Below are positions 47,337 to 60,488 of a DNA stretch of 64,000 nt, in pieces. A program made the translations under genes and the position numbers. Position 1 is the stretch's first letter, and each line of letters begins with the position of its first letter. This DNA is from Squalus acanthias (Eukaryota): contig CM059432.1 of the NCBI GenBank assembly GCA_030390025.1, positions 104,658,001 to 104,722,000 of the forward strand. Direction: 5' to 3'. The notes under the pieces were generated by a model. The model made no database searches. It saw only the letters and a program-made list of their open reading frames with translations, and was not told the origin of the DNA.

Positions 47337-48954
47337 TTTAGTCAAGAGGGTGTGACAGGCTGACTTATGGATTTCTCTGTAGCCACTATCTTTGCTGTTC
47401 TCTAATCACCAAACAGGAAATAGACGATAGGACTAGTGCTTTCTCTGCTCCTTCAGCAGTTTGTGTGTCCTTCTCCAACTCCAGTCGTTAATTGTTTCTG
47501 TACTTTCTTGCTTTATCTAGTTTCTTTTTGGTCTGTTGCAGTCTGTCTTACTCCACTTGTATGCTATATTAAAACTACATTTTGTTCCTTTTTTAGGATT
47601 CATTTCCACAATTTAAATGTCATGTAATAGCTTTTGGTAAATGAAAAATTGTTAATTAACCTAAAGAGACATATATATAGAACTTCCGCAAGGTGGAGGA
47701 AATGTGGCGAAACAGGACTTCCACTTGCCAATTCGACCTCCCTATGACCCCAGCCCAAATTGAATAATTGGGGAGGGCGCCTCATGCCTATAAAGGTACA
47801 ACAGAGGCACCTACCTCACTGTGCCTTTGGAAACTTGGAGAGGTACCCAGCCACTCCGAGGGGGGAGCCCTAGGTCCTCATCAGGAAAAAGAAACATTAA
47901 AAAATTCTCCCATACCTTGTAGGGACTAGAAGGACAGCATATTGTCTGGGATAGATTACATTTATTGAATTGAATTACATCTATGGGCCTTTTATATACC
48001 CACAACCTAACTCATGCCTACTCTCAGATGTGGGAACTCCTGGACAGAAAAAGGTTGAGCTGGATGGATGTCCAAGGTATCCCAGGAATGTCCCCAGACA
48101 CAGCCCCACAGTGCTGGGGCAGATGTGCTCCCCCCGGGTCAGACTTTTCAGGGCAAGTTAAATGGGATGGAAACCTGGCAGACCCAGATTCTGCCCCAAA
48201 TTCAGACACCTCTGCCACAACTCAGCCTGAGTTCTGTACATCCCTGGGGGCCAGAATTTCTAATTTATGGTCTTTGTTGTAAAGTTCTGACCTGCAGCTT
48301 TGGTTTACCTTAAACTTTCTGTGGTGAATAAAAGTGAAAACATTATTTTCTATAGTATGTTTCGTAGCTGCCCCACAAGTTGCAATTTAAAAAAATATAT
48401 ATAAAAACAAGACAATTATAAATGAAGAAAAAAAATGACTTGTGTTTACAGGGATATCATTGCAAAATTCTTCACCTTTACTATTTCTTTGAAGAAAAAT
48501 ATGTTCTGCTGAAGGTTAACCTCATTATTGTGATATTGCGGTCATTCTTGTTTTTAGCTGGGCAAACAGAAAATAACAATTAAAATAATTTGTTCAAATA
48601 AGCAATTGCAGGCCTGATATCAAATACAGGTTTCTCTCTATCTTTGATACACTATCTGAAGGAATAACTTTATCCTCATACTTCATTTTACAGGCCTACA
48701 ACCACCTTACAAGATTATTCTAAATTATTGATATTCATCATATCAGTTAAAGGAAAGAACAAGCAAACAAACCAGCTGTTCCAGGTGTTACTATTGTTCA
48801 GCAAAGTGATTTAAATACTCCAGTCTAGGTCACTGTTGTGTGTTCCATCCTTCCAGGTGTTGCTATGAGTTATTCTCCAGATATGTGTTATTGAAGACTC
48901 CACCATAAAGCTAATTGTCTTATAACTGACATACTGAATAACCAGAGATAGGAA

Positions 48955-51095
48955 AATTACATAGGATATATGGCACAGAAACAGGCCATTCGGCCCAACC
49001 AGTTCATGCAGGCGTTTATGCTCCACTCGAGCCTCCTCCTGTCTTTCCTCATCTAACTCTATCAGCATAACTCTCTATTCCCTTCTCCCTCATATGCTTG
49101 TTTAGCCTCCCCTTAAATGCATCTATACTATTCGCTTCAACCACTCCCTGTGATAGCGAGTTCCACATTCTCACCACTCTTTGGGTAAAGAAGTTTCTTC
49201 TGAATTCCCTATTGGATTTCTTGGTGACTATCTTATATTGATGGCCTCTAGTTATGCTCTTCCCCACAAGTGGAAACATTCTCTCTGTATCCACTCTATC
49301 AAAACCTTTCATAATTTTAAAGACCTCTATTAGATCACCCCTCAGCCTTCTTTTTTCAAGAGAAAAGAGACCCAGCCTGTTCATCCTTTCCTGATATGTA
49401 TACCCTCGCATTTCTGGTATCATCCTTGTAAATCTTCTCTGCACCCTCTCCAGTGCGGTGCCTCTATATCCTTTTTATAATATGGCAACCAGAACTGTAC
49501 GCAGTACTCTAAGTGTGGTCTAACCAAGGTTCGATACAGGTTTAACATAACTTCCCTACTTTTCAATTCTATCCCTCTAGAAATAAACCCTAGTGCTTAG
49601 TTTGCTTTTTTTATGGCCTTCCTAACCTGTGTCGCAACATTTAATGATTTGTGTATTTGTACTCCGAGATCCCTTTGTTCCTCTACCCCACCTAGATTCG
49701 CACCCTCCAAGTAATAAGTGGCCTCCCTATTCTTCCTACCAAAATCTAATACCTCACATTTATCTGTGTTGAACTTCATTTGCCAATTACTTGCCCATTC
49801 TGCAAGTTTATTAATGTCCTCCTGTAATTTGTTGCAGTCTTCCTCAGTATTGACTATCACCTCCAATTTGGTGTCATCTGCAAATTTAGAAATTGTGTTT
49901 TTGATTCCAAAGTCTAAATCGTTAATATAAATTGTGAACAACAGTGGTCCCAGCACTGATCCTTGTGGAACACCACTACCCACCTTCTGCCACTGTGAAT
50001 AGCTACCTTTTACCCCTACTCTCTGCTTTCTGTCCTGAAGCCAGCTAGTTATCCATTCTGCTATAACAACAGAAAACGCTGGAAAAACTCAGCAGGCCAG
50101 GCAGCATCCGTGGAGAGAGAAACAGAGTTAATGTTTCAGGTCGAAGACCTTTCGTCAGACGAAAGGTCTTCGACCTGAAACGTTAACTCTGTTTCTCTCT
50201 CCACGGATGCTGCCTGGCCTGCTGAGTTTTTCCAGCGTTTTCTGTTGTTATTTTGGATTTCCAGCATCTGCAGTATTTTGCTATCGTATCCATTCTGCTA
50301 CTTGTCCCCTGACTCTGCATTCTCTGATATTGTTCATCAGTCTATTATGGGGTACCTTATCAAAGGCCTTTTAAAAATCTAGATAAATTACATCTACTGC
50401 ATTACCATTGTCTACTCTCTCTGTTACCTCTTCAAAAAATTCAGTGAGGTTGGTTAAGCAAGACTTTCCCTTTTGAAATCCATGCTGACTATTCATTACT
50501 ATGTTTTTGGTTTCTAGATGTTCTTCTATTTTCTCCTTTAGTAGGGATTCCATTATTTTTCCTACCACCAATGTTAAGCTGACTGGTCTATAATTCCCTG
50601 GACATGTTCTATCTGCCTTCTTAATTATAGGTATTACTTTAGCTATCCGCCAGTCCTCTGGCACTACACCTTCTTCTAACGAATTAGTAAATATGTGTAG
50701 TAATGCCTCTGCTATCTCTTCCCTAGATTCTTTTAAAATGCGTGGATGCAATCCATCTGGACCAGGGGTTTTGTCCTCTTTGAGTTTGATTAGTTTATAT
50801 AATATATCCCATCTTTTTATTTTAAATGCACTTATCTCATTACTAATCTCATCATCCAATGTCATGTCCACCTGTTCTATCTCCCTGGTAAATATTGAAG
50901 CAAAATAATTATTTAATATTTCTGCCATCTCTATCGTTACCTGTGGTATTATCCTGTCTATCCCTTAATGGCCCTATTCTCATCCCAACCTTTCGTTTTT
51001 TATTGATGTGCCTGTAAAATATTTTACTATTTTGTTTTATGTTCCTTGATAATTTAAATTCATAGTTCCTCTTTGCCTTCCTAATTGTTTTTCAA
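48955..51095 (-). mobile_element. 5'-truncated CR1 LINE (minus strand)
   Basis: PGPDGLHPRILKE, NYRPVSLT, SGVPQGSVLGP, KFADD and QRRFTRMIP on the minus strand. Confidence 0.92.
50064..50286. mobile_element. Palindromic Penelope terminal-repeat insertion with a hammerhead core, inside the CR1
   Basis: 94-bp arms centred on 50157; 14-bp direct repeat TATCCATTCTGCTA (50050-50063 / 50287-50300); the right arm matches the Penelope end at 53370-53472. Confidence 0.85.
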
Positions 51096-52351
51096 TTCCT
51101 AAGTAACATTGGTGCGTTTCCCTCCCTAACTCTAACCCATAAACATTTTATTTTGTGCTTTTCTGTCATAGCTCTATCATTGTGGTCTGTTATCACTATT
51201 CTACAATACAGCTCTTCTAATTCAAAAGCATCATACTTACTCTAACTAAATTTCATGCATCAGGTTTTTGGGTGAATGAAAAGTTAATTTAGCTTTATTG
51301 AAAAAATAAATGCAGCCCTTTTAAACCATGTAACATATCCAAATACTTGACTGTGTCACAACAATCAGATTGCATTACTTGTACATGGTATAAATATTAC
51401 AAGACTGACATGGAATCTTTTCAGCTGTTCTTCATCCTCATTTATCAACACAATGCATCTTCAACTTGTGAGGACAACAGTTTGTCAATATTGGTGGGAT
51501 ATTTGGTCACCTAATTTTCTTTGGACTTGCAACATAAAGGACTAGGTTGAAAATGCCAGCTTAGAAGAAAGATTTGATCTGTTCAGTTTGGATTAGTGTT
51601 TCAAATGTAAGTTCTCACTCACCTCACCAACGTGATTCCTTTACTTATTTTTGACTTGGTGCCATACCTTAATTGAGGTTATAGACATGGAACCTTCCCA
51701 TGGACAGCACCTAAAACAATCACTAGGGCCATTCGCCTACACCTCCTTACCATTAATATCCTAGTTTTTGAAGCGGTGCAGTTGAAAGAGGTGTACTTAA
51801 TTCAATAATGTTTCAACAAAATTTGTGACAGTGAACTCCTACTTTTTCATACAGCTGGTGTGTTTAAACAGCCCCTTAATAGGCTTCAATCCAGGTGTTC
51901 CCTATCAACAGATTGGTCAGTTTAGGCAAGTCTACATGGGCTGAAACAGTCTTCTTATAGTCCCTATCACTTTATATGAGCATTAAGCTAGGTGGCGCAT
52001 TTGGAGAAAAATATTGTACATAATGGATGAAATGGCCTATTTCTTGCAACATTCAATGCTTCTATATTATTGTTTGTCTGTTCTTGAAAGGTTTTAAACT
52101 GGACATAGTTCTCTGTGTTTTACACACGTGTGGGTATTCGGACAGGGAAACCCAATTGAATGGGTTTTGCTATATTCAGACCAGTCAGTCAAATATCACT
52201 TCTAACATTCCCCTGATGTTGATACTCTGTAACATGGAGGATGGTGAAATCTTTTGGAATTCTGAAAGCATCCAATATTTCATGAGTTTCCTTCATCATC
52301 ACCCAGCAACAGTTCCAAAAAAAATTAAACTCTTCCTCCACCACTCGCCCA

Positions 52352-52474
52352 CGTGTGTGTGTGCAGCAGAGAGAGGCAGAGTGTGTGTGTGTGTGCAGAG
52401 AGAGAGGCAGAGTGTGTGTGCGCGCAGAGAGGCAGAGTGTGTGTGTGTGCAGAGAGGCAGAGAGTGTGCGTGCA
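52352..52474. repeat. (GT)n-GCAGAGAGAGGCAGA compound minisatellite
   Basis: About four irregular copies of GTGTGTGTGCAGAGAGAGGCAGA. Confidence 0.8.
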
Positions 52475-53473
52475 TTTGTCCTCACCTTTCACCCCACCTG
52501 CCTCCACATTCAACGGATCATCCTCCGCCATTTCCGTCACCTCCAGCGTGATCCCACCACCAAACACATCTTCCCCTCACCTCCCCTTTCAGCATTCCGA
52601 AGGGACCACTCCCTCCGCGACACCCTGGTCCACTCCTCTATCAACCCCAACACCCCTTCCCCTTTGCCCGGCACCTTCCCGTGCAAGCGCAGGAGATGCA
52701 ACACGTTCCCTTTTACCTCATCCCTTCCCACTGACCAGGGCCCCAAACACTCCTTCCAGGTGAAACAGCGATTTACTTGTAGTTCTTGCAATTTAGTATA
52801 CTGTATTCGCTGCTCACGATGCAGTCTCCTCTACATTGGGGAGAGCAAACGCAGATTGGGTGACCGCTTTGCGGAACGCCTCCGTTGAGTCCGTAAGGGT
52901 GACCCCGAGCTTCCGGTCGCCTGTCACTTTAATTCTCCGCTCCACTCCCACTCAGACCTCACCGTCCTCGGCCTCTTACACTGTTCCAATGAAGCTCAAC
53001 GTAAGCTCGAGGAACAGCACCTCATCTTTCGATTAGGCACTTTACAGCCTTCTGGACTCAACATAGAGTTCAACAATTTCAGACCATAACCTCTGCCCCA
53101 ATCTTTTTTTCCATTTATTTATTTTTCTCTCTCTCACATGGCAGCTGTGTCATTGTGCCAGTGCCATTTACACTTCATCTAGAGCCATCTTTTGTTTCTT
53201 AACTTGTCCCATTACCATCTCCTTTTGCCTTGCACCATCATCCCTTTTGTCTCTTAATCGCTTCTGCCTTCCATCCTATCAGACCTTCCCTTTTGTTCTT
53301 TCCTCTCCCCCCTTTCCCTGCCCTTGCTTAAAAATCTATTCCAAAGCCAGCTTTTTGCAGTTCTGATTAAGGTTAACTCTGTTTCTCTCTCCACAGATGC
53401 TGCCTGACCTGCTGAGTATTTCCAGCATTTTCTGTTTTTATTTCAGATTTCCAGCATCCGCAGTATTTTGCTT
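52475..53473 (+). mobile_element. Penelope-like element, 3' fragment (GIY-YIG endonuclease plus terminal repeat)
   Basis: CKRRRCNT...FTCSSCNLVYCIRCSRCSLLYIGESKRRLGDRFAE; pyrimidine-rich 3' UTR; terminal repeat ending CCAGCATCCGCAGTATTTTGCT. Confidence 0.9.
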
Positions 53474-53489
53474 GTGTGTGTGTGTGTGC

Positions 53490-53701
53490 AAGCTCCTCCG
53501 CTCCAGGCGGCGCTGTGCGCCCCTCCGCTCCGGGCCTGGCACTCGAGCAGCTCTCGCGAGGCCGCTCCGCTCCGCTCCGGCCCGGGTCTTTGCAGCGCCG
53601 GCAGTGTGCGGGCTCGGGCTGGGGCTGACGCTGACGGCTCTCTACCGGCAGGTTAAAGGAGCCGCTGCTCGCGGTCCGGGGAGCTGGCATGAGGTTCAGC
53701 G
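53490..53701 (+). promoter_or_regulatory. MED30: CpG island / putative non-coding first exon of MED30
   Basis: A strongly CpG-rich stretch that does not match any transposon recognised here. It ends in a strong donor CG|GTGAGT (GT at 53702), 6.6 kb upstream of the MED30 coding exon on the same strand. The link to MED30 is inferred. Confidence 0.6.
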
Positions 53702-55039
53702 GTGAGTATTAAAGCCAGTGTTGTCTCAGCACCGAGACGGAGCTTTGAATGAGGCATCTCCGCTTCCTCACGCCGGGACTCGCTCTCTGGGCTTGTTTTT
53801 CCAGGGCTGGCAGGAGTGACATTCAGACAGATGCCAACACTATTTTTGAAAAGTTACATGATGTTTTGAGAGTATTATGAAGTAAAGCAGCTGTGTGATT
53901 AGTTAGGATTTGTCAGTGGGAGGACAGCTTTGAACTTCTGTTGCTATCAACCAGCCAACGGTTTGCATTTTTTAAAAACTGGTGCTTTAATTAAAATCTA
54001 AAGACTAGTGTTGTTGTTGCACGGTGATAGATTGGTGAAAGGGTTGACTCCACGCAGGTGAGCTGTGTTCTGTGGAAGGCATGGAGCTGAAGTCAGGTAT
54101 TTGCTCATAGAATTTCAACCCCAATGATTCTTTTTATCATTAACCGCCCTGTAATAATTGTTTCAGAGGTGCAAGTTCCCACAATTGTGCAAGTTCCCAC
54201 AATTTTGTAAGTTGTTAAACACAGGGAATACAGACATTCTCTTGGTTTTTTGTTCAAATATGAATTTCACTCCTATCTTTCTCTACCACCCTCCCCTAAA
54301 AAAAACCCCAAGAATTCACCTTTGGGTGGGGGTAGCTCATACCTCTTTTTAGTTACTGGCTGAGGAGTAGCATTAGCAGCGGCCCAGGGTCCAGTAACCA
54401 CCCCACAATCTTTGACAGATAGCATATGTACCAGGGCTGAAATGGTCGTCTTCTAGTCCCTACTAATTTATATCGGCATTAAGCTATGTTGCCAATGCCA
54501 CCATTTTAAGTGTAGGTGGCCCGAAGGAATTACAGCTGTGTGTTTCTGAGCTGGTTTCTCAGGCAATGGTAAACCCCTTGAGGAATGCCTGTTGTGTATC
54601 CTCTATACACAGCACATCCAAAACAGATATGTGCTTGGCATCTGCTATCTCCTACCTTTTCTTTTGAGGGTCTGAAATCCCTCTGTTTCATTTAATTTCC
54701 TAGTCTGCATATTATTTATAGTTCATAGAGCAGTGACTTGCTTCTAGGCCTCTGTCAGTGCCACTTTGAATTACCTACAAGTAGGTGCCTGAGAACAGCC
54801 AAAAGGCAATTATCTGTTAGATTTTTAAATGGTAATTTTTTTTTTATGTGAGCAGGGTACTGCTGTTTAAGTGGAAAGCCAGCCAGAACGAAAACACAAA
54901 TAAAGATTGGTATTTGTTTTTGGCATCGATATAATGTTCTTCACATAAAAGAACATTTCATGGAGGACTTTACAGGGGGAGAGATGTACATCAAGCAAGA
55001 ACTAAAGGAATATGGGATTAGTTTATAGGAGACTTGTGA

Positions 55040-55850
55040 AGGCAAAGAGAGATAGAAGGGCAAAGTAGTTTTGGAAGAGAATCCCAAGGGACAGGGACAT
55101 GGTTAATTGGCCCTTTTATAGAATGATGTGGGGAGGTGCCGCAAACTGGGTAGGGGTGCCAGTAATGAAGAGTAATCTGGAGTTGGAGGAACAGAAAGTG
55201 CTAGCTGAGATGTGTGATTGGCGAAGATGACTCCAATAGGGTGAGATGAGGCTAGAGTGGAATTTGAAAACCAGGAAATGGATCTGGAAGTTGATTTCCT
55301 GGGGCACAAGGTGCCAATGGAGCTGAGCAAGGATAGTGGAGGTGCAGCAGAGAACCTGGCCGCAGAGTTCTGCCTTTGATAATGTTTGTAAAGGTTGAAG
55401 CTGGGAAGGCTGGCAAGGCAGACATTCGAGGAGTGAATCCCTGAGATAGTGAAGATGTGTGAAGGTTTCACTGGTGAGTTAGAGGCATAAGTGGCCAATA
55501 AGTTGCAAGAAGATCTTGGTGTTGAATCAGATATGAAGTCAATAGCTTGGCTCAAGTTTGAATAACCATCTTGTATTGAATACACCACCATCCTCCACCT
55601 GAGTGAGCAGCCATGCAGGTTAATTGAATCAAATGTCAGGGGCACCTAGTTGCTGATTTAAAAACTGAGCCGCATGTTGAGGTGTGGGAAGTTATGATGT
55701 CCATGACTTAATGTTGCTAGGTAGTCAGATAGTATAGCAGTAACCCTAGAGCTGGTGATGGAGAGCAAGAATTGATCGTCATTGGAGTATGTGTGGAAGG
55801 TGACTGTTGCAAGTTTAGAATCTTGCCTTGGATTATATTTGAAGTGCACC
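55040..55850 (-). mobile_element. Old degraded L2-like fragment
   Basis: Remnants QNSAAR and INFQIHFLVFK on the minus strand. Confidence 0.45.
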
Positions 55851-55899
55851 ATTGCTCATCACTTTAGTAAGCAGCAGGCCACATACTCCTCGGAAAATA

Positions 55900-56627
55900 A
55901 GTGTCTAAATGGGGTAGAGGAGCAGAGGGATCTGGGGGGGTACAGATACACAAATCACTAAAAGTAGCAATGCATGTTAATAAGGCCATTAAAAAAAAAC
56001 ACCAAAGCACTGGGGTTAATTTCTAGAAGGATAGAATTGAAAAGCAGAGGTTATGTTAAACTTGTATAGAACCTTGGTTAGACTACACTTGGAGTACTGT
56101 GAACAGTTCTGGTCTCCATATTATAAAAAGGACATAGAGGCACTAGAGAAGGTGCAAAAACGATTTACTAGAATGATACCAGAAGTGAGAGTTTCTACCA
56201 ATCAAGAAAGCTTGAACAGACTGGGGCTCTTTTCTCTAGAAAAGAGAAGATTGAAGGGTGACCTGATAGAGGTCTTTAAGATTATAAAAGGGTTTGATAG
56301 AGTAGACATAGAGAAGATGTCTCCACTTGCGGGGAGAGCAGAACTAGGGGGCATAAATATAAGATAGTCACTAATAAATCCAATAGGGAATTCAGGAGAA
56401 GCATCTTTACCCAGAGAGTGCTTAGAATCTGGAACCCGCTACCACAAGGAGTGGTTGAGGTGAATAGCAAAGATGCATTTAAGGGGAAGCTAGATAAGCA
56501 CATGAGGGAGAAAGGAATAGAAGGAGATGAAGAAGGGTGGAAGGAGACTCGTGTGGAGCATAAACACTGGCATGGACCTGTTGGGCTGAATGGCCTGTTT
56601 CTGTGTTGTAAAAACTATGTAATGTAA
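55900..56627 (+). mobile_element. CR1 3' fragment
   Basis: MLNLYRTLVRLHLEYCEQFWSPYYKKDI...GLFSLEKRRLKGDL. Confidence 0.85.
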
Positions 56628-58947
56628 TCGTTTTATGTTTAGGGTGTGCATGTATTTCCCAATATCTAATTATACAAATAGCATAACCCAGGGGTGTAGC
56701 AACAGTATCTCCTAGTGATCTGGACTGGATACTCGTGTCTTTTGCACGTTTGTTTCAATCTTTTAAGGCAAACCAAGAAAACTCTTGATGAGGCCAGATA
56801 CGAATCATTAGCTGCTTTATTCACAGCACATGAACATACAGAAAATGGTTATGATTGGATTCAATGAGTACAATTTGGCTTCCTGTAATAAAACAAGATA
56901 ATGACGATGCTATAGTGCCCCACACCATGGGTTATCTCACTTGACTTTAACAAAATAATGCCTAATTATTCTCATCCTGATAATACTTCTGAGCCCGGCC
57001 AAAGCGTGCCCTCTCAGCTTTCTGTTTAAACATCTGACAATTCTTTCCTATTCATCAACTGCCTTATTTTTTCACTACTTTTATGCTATCTAAACTTTCC
57101 TGTCTGCTAATAAAAAAAAAATGTTCTACTTAAATGTTTTCTTTGTTATGCATTCCACAATGGTCATTGCCTGAGCCCTGTGTTTTGAAGGCCAGTTTGT
57201 CAGGTAGTCAGAAGGTAGGGTTTGGAGAATTTACCTGACCAAGTCATAAATACAACCAGTACTGTTTTTCACTCATTGCACGTTCAGAAGCCTCCTCTCT
57301 GGCTCGAGAAGTATACATATTCGCAGCCCCCAGAATTCAACAGTTCATTGACAAATAAACTCCACGATATTAATAGAATTAATCATTACAATAGTTTTTT
57401 TTAAATAATTGCAGCAGTGACTAATTCCAAACACTATTCTGTAAAATCCAATGTGAGGTAACACTAGTAAACCTGAAAAGAATGCTTGCAGTGAATCCGC
57501 TTCGCAGGCTGTACAAACCTACGTGAAGGTGTCACTTGTGCACGGAATGTTGCGGTGATGTGCTTCTTTCACATTCATTTTTATTGAATAACCATGTAGC
57601 CCTGTCTTTGTAAACTGTGCCCGTGTATTGGCCTGAGACAAGTTTCTAACTTGCACATTAGCATGTCAGAGCTCAAGTTTTCTGTGCTCCTGGCAGCCAT
57701 TGGGGTCTTACTGCAAACTGTTGTAGCACTTAATATTTAAATAAGCGATCTTGGTAAATTTGTTGTGTTCCAGATTTAAACAGATTGCTGTGGAGGATTG
57801 TGTTTTAACTGTTGTGACAAAAATTTAAAATAGTGGTGAGTTTTAAAATCTAATGCAAGTCAAAATGTGTCTAGCTTTTTAAATTCAAGATGTCAGCAAC
57901 TTCAGTCCAGTTATTTTTTTTATATATGGGACGTGGAGCATTGGTTTGAAAAACAAATAGATGAATCCAAGTGTTAGCAGTTGTGGTTCTTGAATTATAT
58001 CATAGTGGTGCTGGTTCTTTGCCTACAGACACAGTATTTTATATATGGCTGCGTTTTTCTGAAATTGGTGTTGATATTGTAGTCTGGAATGTATATTAAT
58101 TTAGTAAGAGATTGTCTTTAAATGTTACTTGTCTGGATGTAACTTAAAAAACTTTTTTGCCGATCACACAACTCTTTGTCATTGTCAGTTGTGTTTATAA
58201 AGATTGATATTGTCAAAGCTTGATTGAAACTCTTAAAGTATATATATTGTATTTATTTTTTAAAAGCTGTTCCTTGGCCACTGCACAGAGTTCATCTCCG
58301 AATCCTGAGCAGGGAGGAAGTGATCATCAGTGAAGTATTCTGCAGGCGGGATTGAGGGAAAAGGCTTTGCCTACAGCAGTATTTGCAGAAACTTTGCCGA
58401 GCAAAAGTAACTTTAAAAAAAAAAAATTCACTCTGCATCCGAACATTGAGATGGCTAATTAACCCCTTGTGGACTGCGCAGAGAAGATTTTTAGTTGATT
58501 ATTGTACTGCCTAGCCTATAATCCTGGTTCCTGTGCTGCTTTGAGCTCTTTAAATTATCCATATATATTATAGTTCTGTTTACCTGTTCAAAGCTCTAGT
58601 CTGTGTGGTGGTACTCGATATACTTACGTGACTGAAAACATTCAGTAAGTCCATGTAACTTGCAGTATGCAACTTGCTGTAATTTAGCCTCTGAATGGGC
58701 AGATCAAGTAAAAATATACAGTGCTCTGATCATGAAGTTTGCTTGTGGAAATTGCCATGAAACATTTGAAAGGGAAATCTATTTTAAAAATACAAAACAT
58801 AACTAATATATATATATACAGTATATCAAAGGATCTGTATGGCATAGTGGATTAGAACAAAATCCTTCACCTTTGGGGAATAAAATGGGTTTGAATGCAG
58901 TCTACAGTGACGGCTCCTATCTTTGACAGTAAGATACGTATATACTT

Positions 58948-59390
58948 ATACATAAACTAGGCTTGTATTCCCTGGAATACAGAAGGTTAAGGGGTGATTT
59001 GATTGCGGTTTTGAGGATTTTGAAAATAATTGATAGGGTAGATAGAGAGAAACTTTTTACACTGATGGGGGAGTCCAGGATAAGGGGACATGACCTTAAA
59101 ATCAGAGCCAGGCCATTCAGGAGAGAAGTTAGGAAACACTTCTTCACGCAAAGTATGGCACGAGTGTGGAACTCTCTCCCATTGAAAGCAGTAGATGCTA
59201 GCTCAATTAATAATTTTAAATCTGTGGTTTAGATTTTTGCTAGTCAAGTGTATAAAAGGATATGGAGCCAAGGCAGGTGGATGGAGTTAAGATACAGATC
59301 AGCCATGATCTCATTGAATGGCAGAACAGGCTCGAGGGGCTGAATGGCAGAACAAGCTCGAGGGGCTGAATGGCCTACTCCTGTTCCTGT
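58948..59390 (+). mobile_element. CR1 3' fragment with a short tandem duplication in its 3' UTR
   Basis: GLYSLEYRRLRGDL..RGHDLKI; TGAATGGCAGAACA(G/A)GCTCGAGGGGC is duplicated at ~59315-59366. Confidence 0.85.
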
Positions 59391-60317
59391 GTGTCTGTGT
59401 ATATATAATTATATATAATGTGTGTATATTTGTATGTGTTGCATATACATACATGCAACACATACAAATATATGTGACATCACAACATTTATTATTGTCA
59501 CTAATTGACACTAAATTTATTATGTTCCAAGAAGCCACAAGTGGATGCTTAGTGTGGTTACATTATGGTTTTTCCTGAGATCGGGGCTAAGGCACATTGG
59601 GGCAGAGTAAAAACAGCTTTGGTCTGACTCATGTGGATACTGTGTGCCAAAAATGGTCCATCATTTCCCCCCCCACCAACATTGACAACCTTTACCTTGA
59701 GCATTTAAGCAAAATTACTATTAAAATGCTTTTTAGCTCTAGTATGAAACTGCTGTAAGAGTTATTTCTCAGTATAATTCCTGTTTCTTTTATCATCTGA
59801 AATCGCTAAATCCTCACATTGTAAACCTCAACAACAGACAAATACTTATTTCACTAAGCACACGCATTTACTGTACGTTGAGGCAGATAAGGTAGACCTT
59901 GATCACTCCGGCAGAAGCTAGACGGTTTCCATGTGTGGTTAAAAGATGGGAATGAAATAGGGTGTGTGTGCATATAGATAATAAGCCTCAAGGGAGGGTT
60001 TTGTGATGCAACAGCATGCTCTCAGGGTTCTGGTAACATAAATTTCCTGAATGTTTCTCTCTTGGTTAATGACATCATCATAACCTCCCAAGTGTGTTAC
60101 AACCTTGATGTCATCCCACTATGTCAAAATCAAGAAGTCTTTATGCTTTAACAATCACTAAACAAATTAATATGGAAATGTTGTGGAATGTATGCATATA
60201 ACCGTCTTAATTTCTTTACCAAGTTATCATCCTTTGAAACATTCATGTTTTCTTGTTTGTGCAAAATCCTTTCTGATAGCATTTTCATAACATTGACGTG
60301 TCAGAAGAAAGGGAGTC

Positions 60318-60488
60318 ATGGCAACACCCCCGGTGCCTGGCGCAGGGATGCCTGGAGCATTTTCTGGACCCCAGGGCCAGGCTGGACGCGAAGTTAATAC
60401 AGCTTCCCTCTGTCGCATTGGTCAAGAGACGGTGCAAGACATTGTCTCAAGAACGATGGAGATCTTTCAGCTTCTACGGAACATGCAG
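60318..60488 (+). CDS. MED30: Mediator complex subunit 30, first coding exon (57 codons); the remaining exons are not seen in the window
   Basis: MATPP...GPQGQAGREVNTASLCRIGQETVQDIVSRTMEIFQLLRNMQ matches the vertebrate MED30 N-terminus as I recall it. It ends at a phase-0 donor CAG|GTCAGT. Candidate acceptors end at 60279 (TTTCTGATAG) or 60304. Confidence 0.95.
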
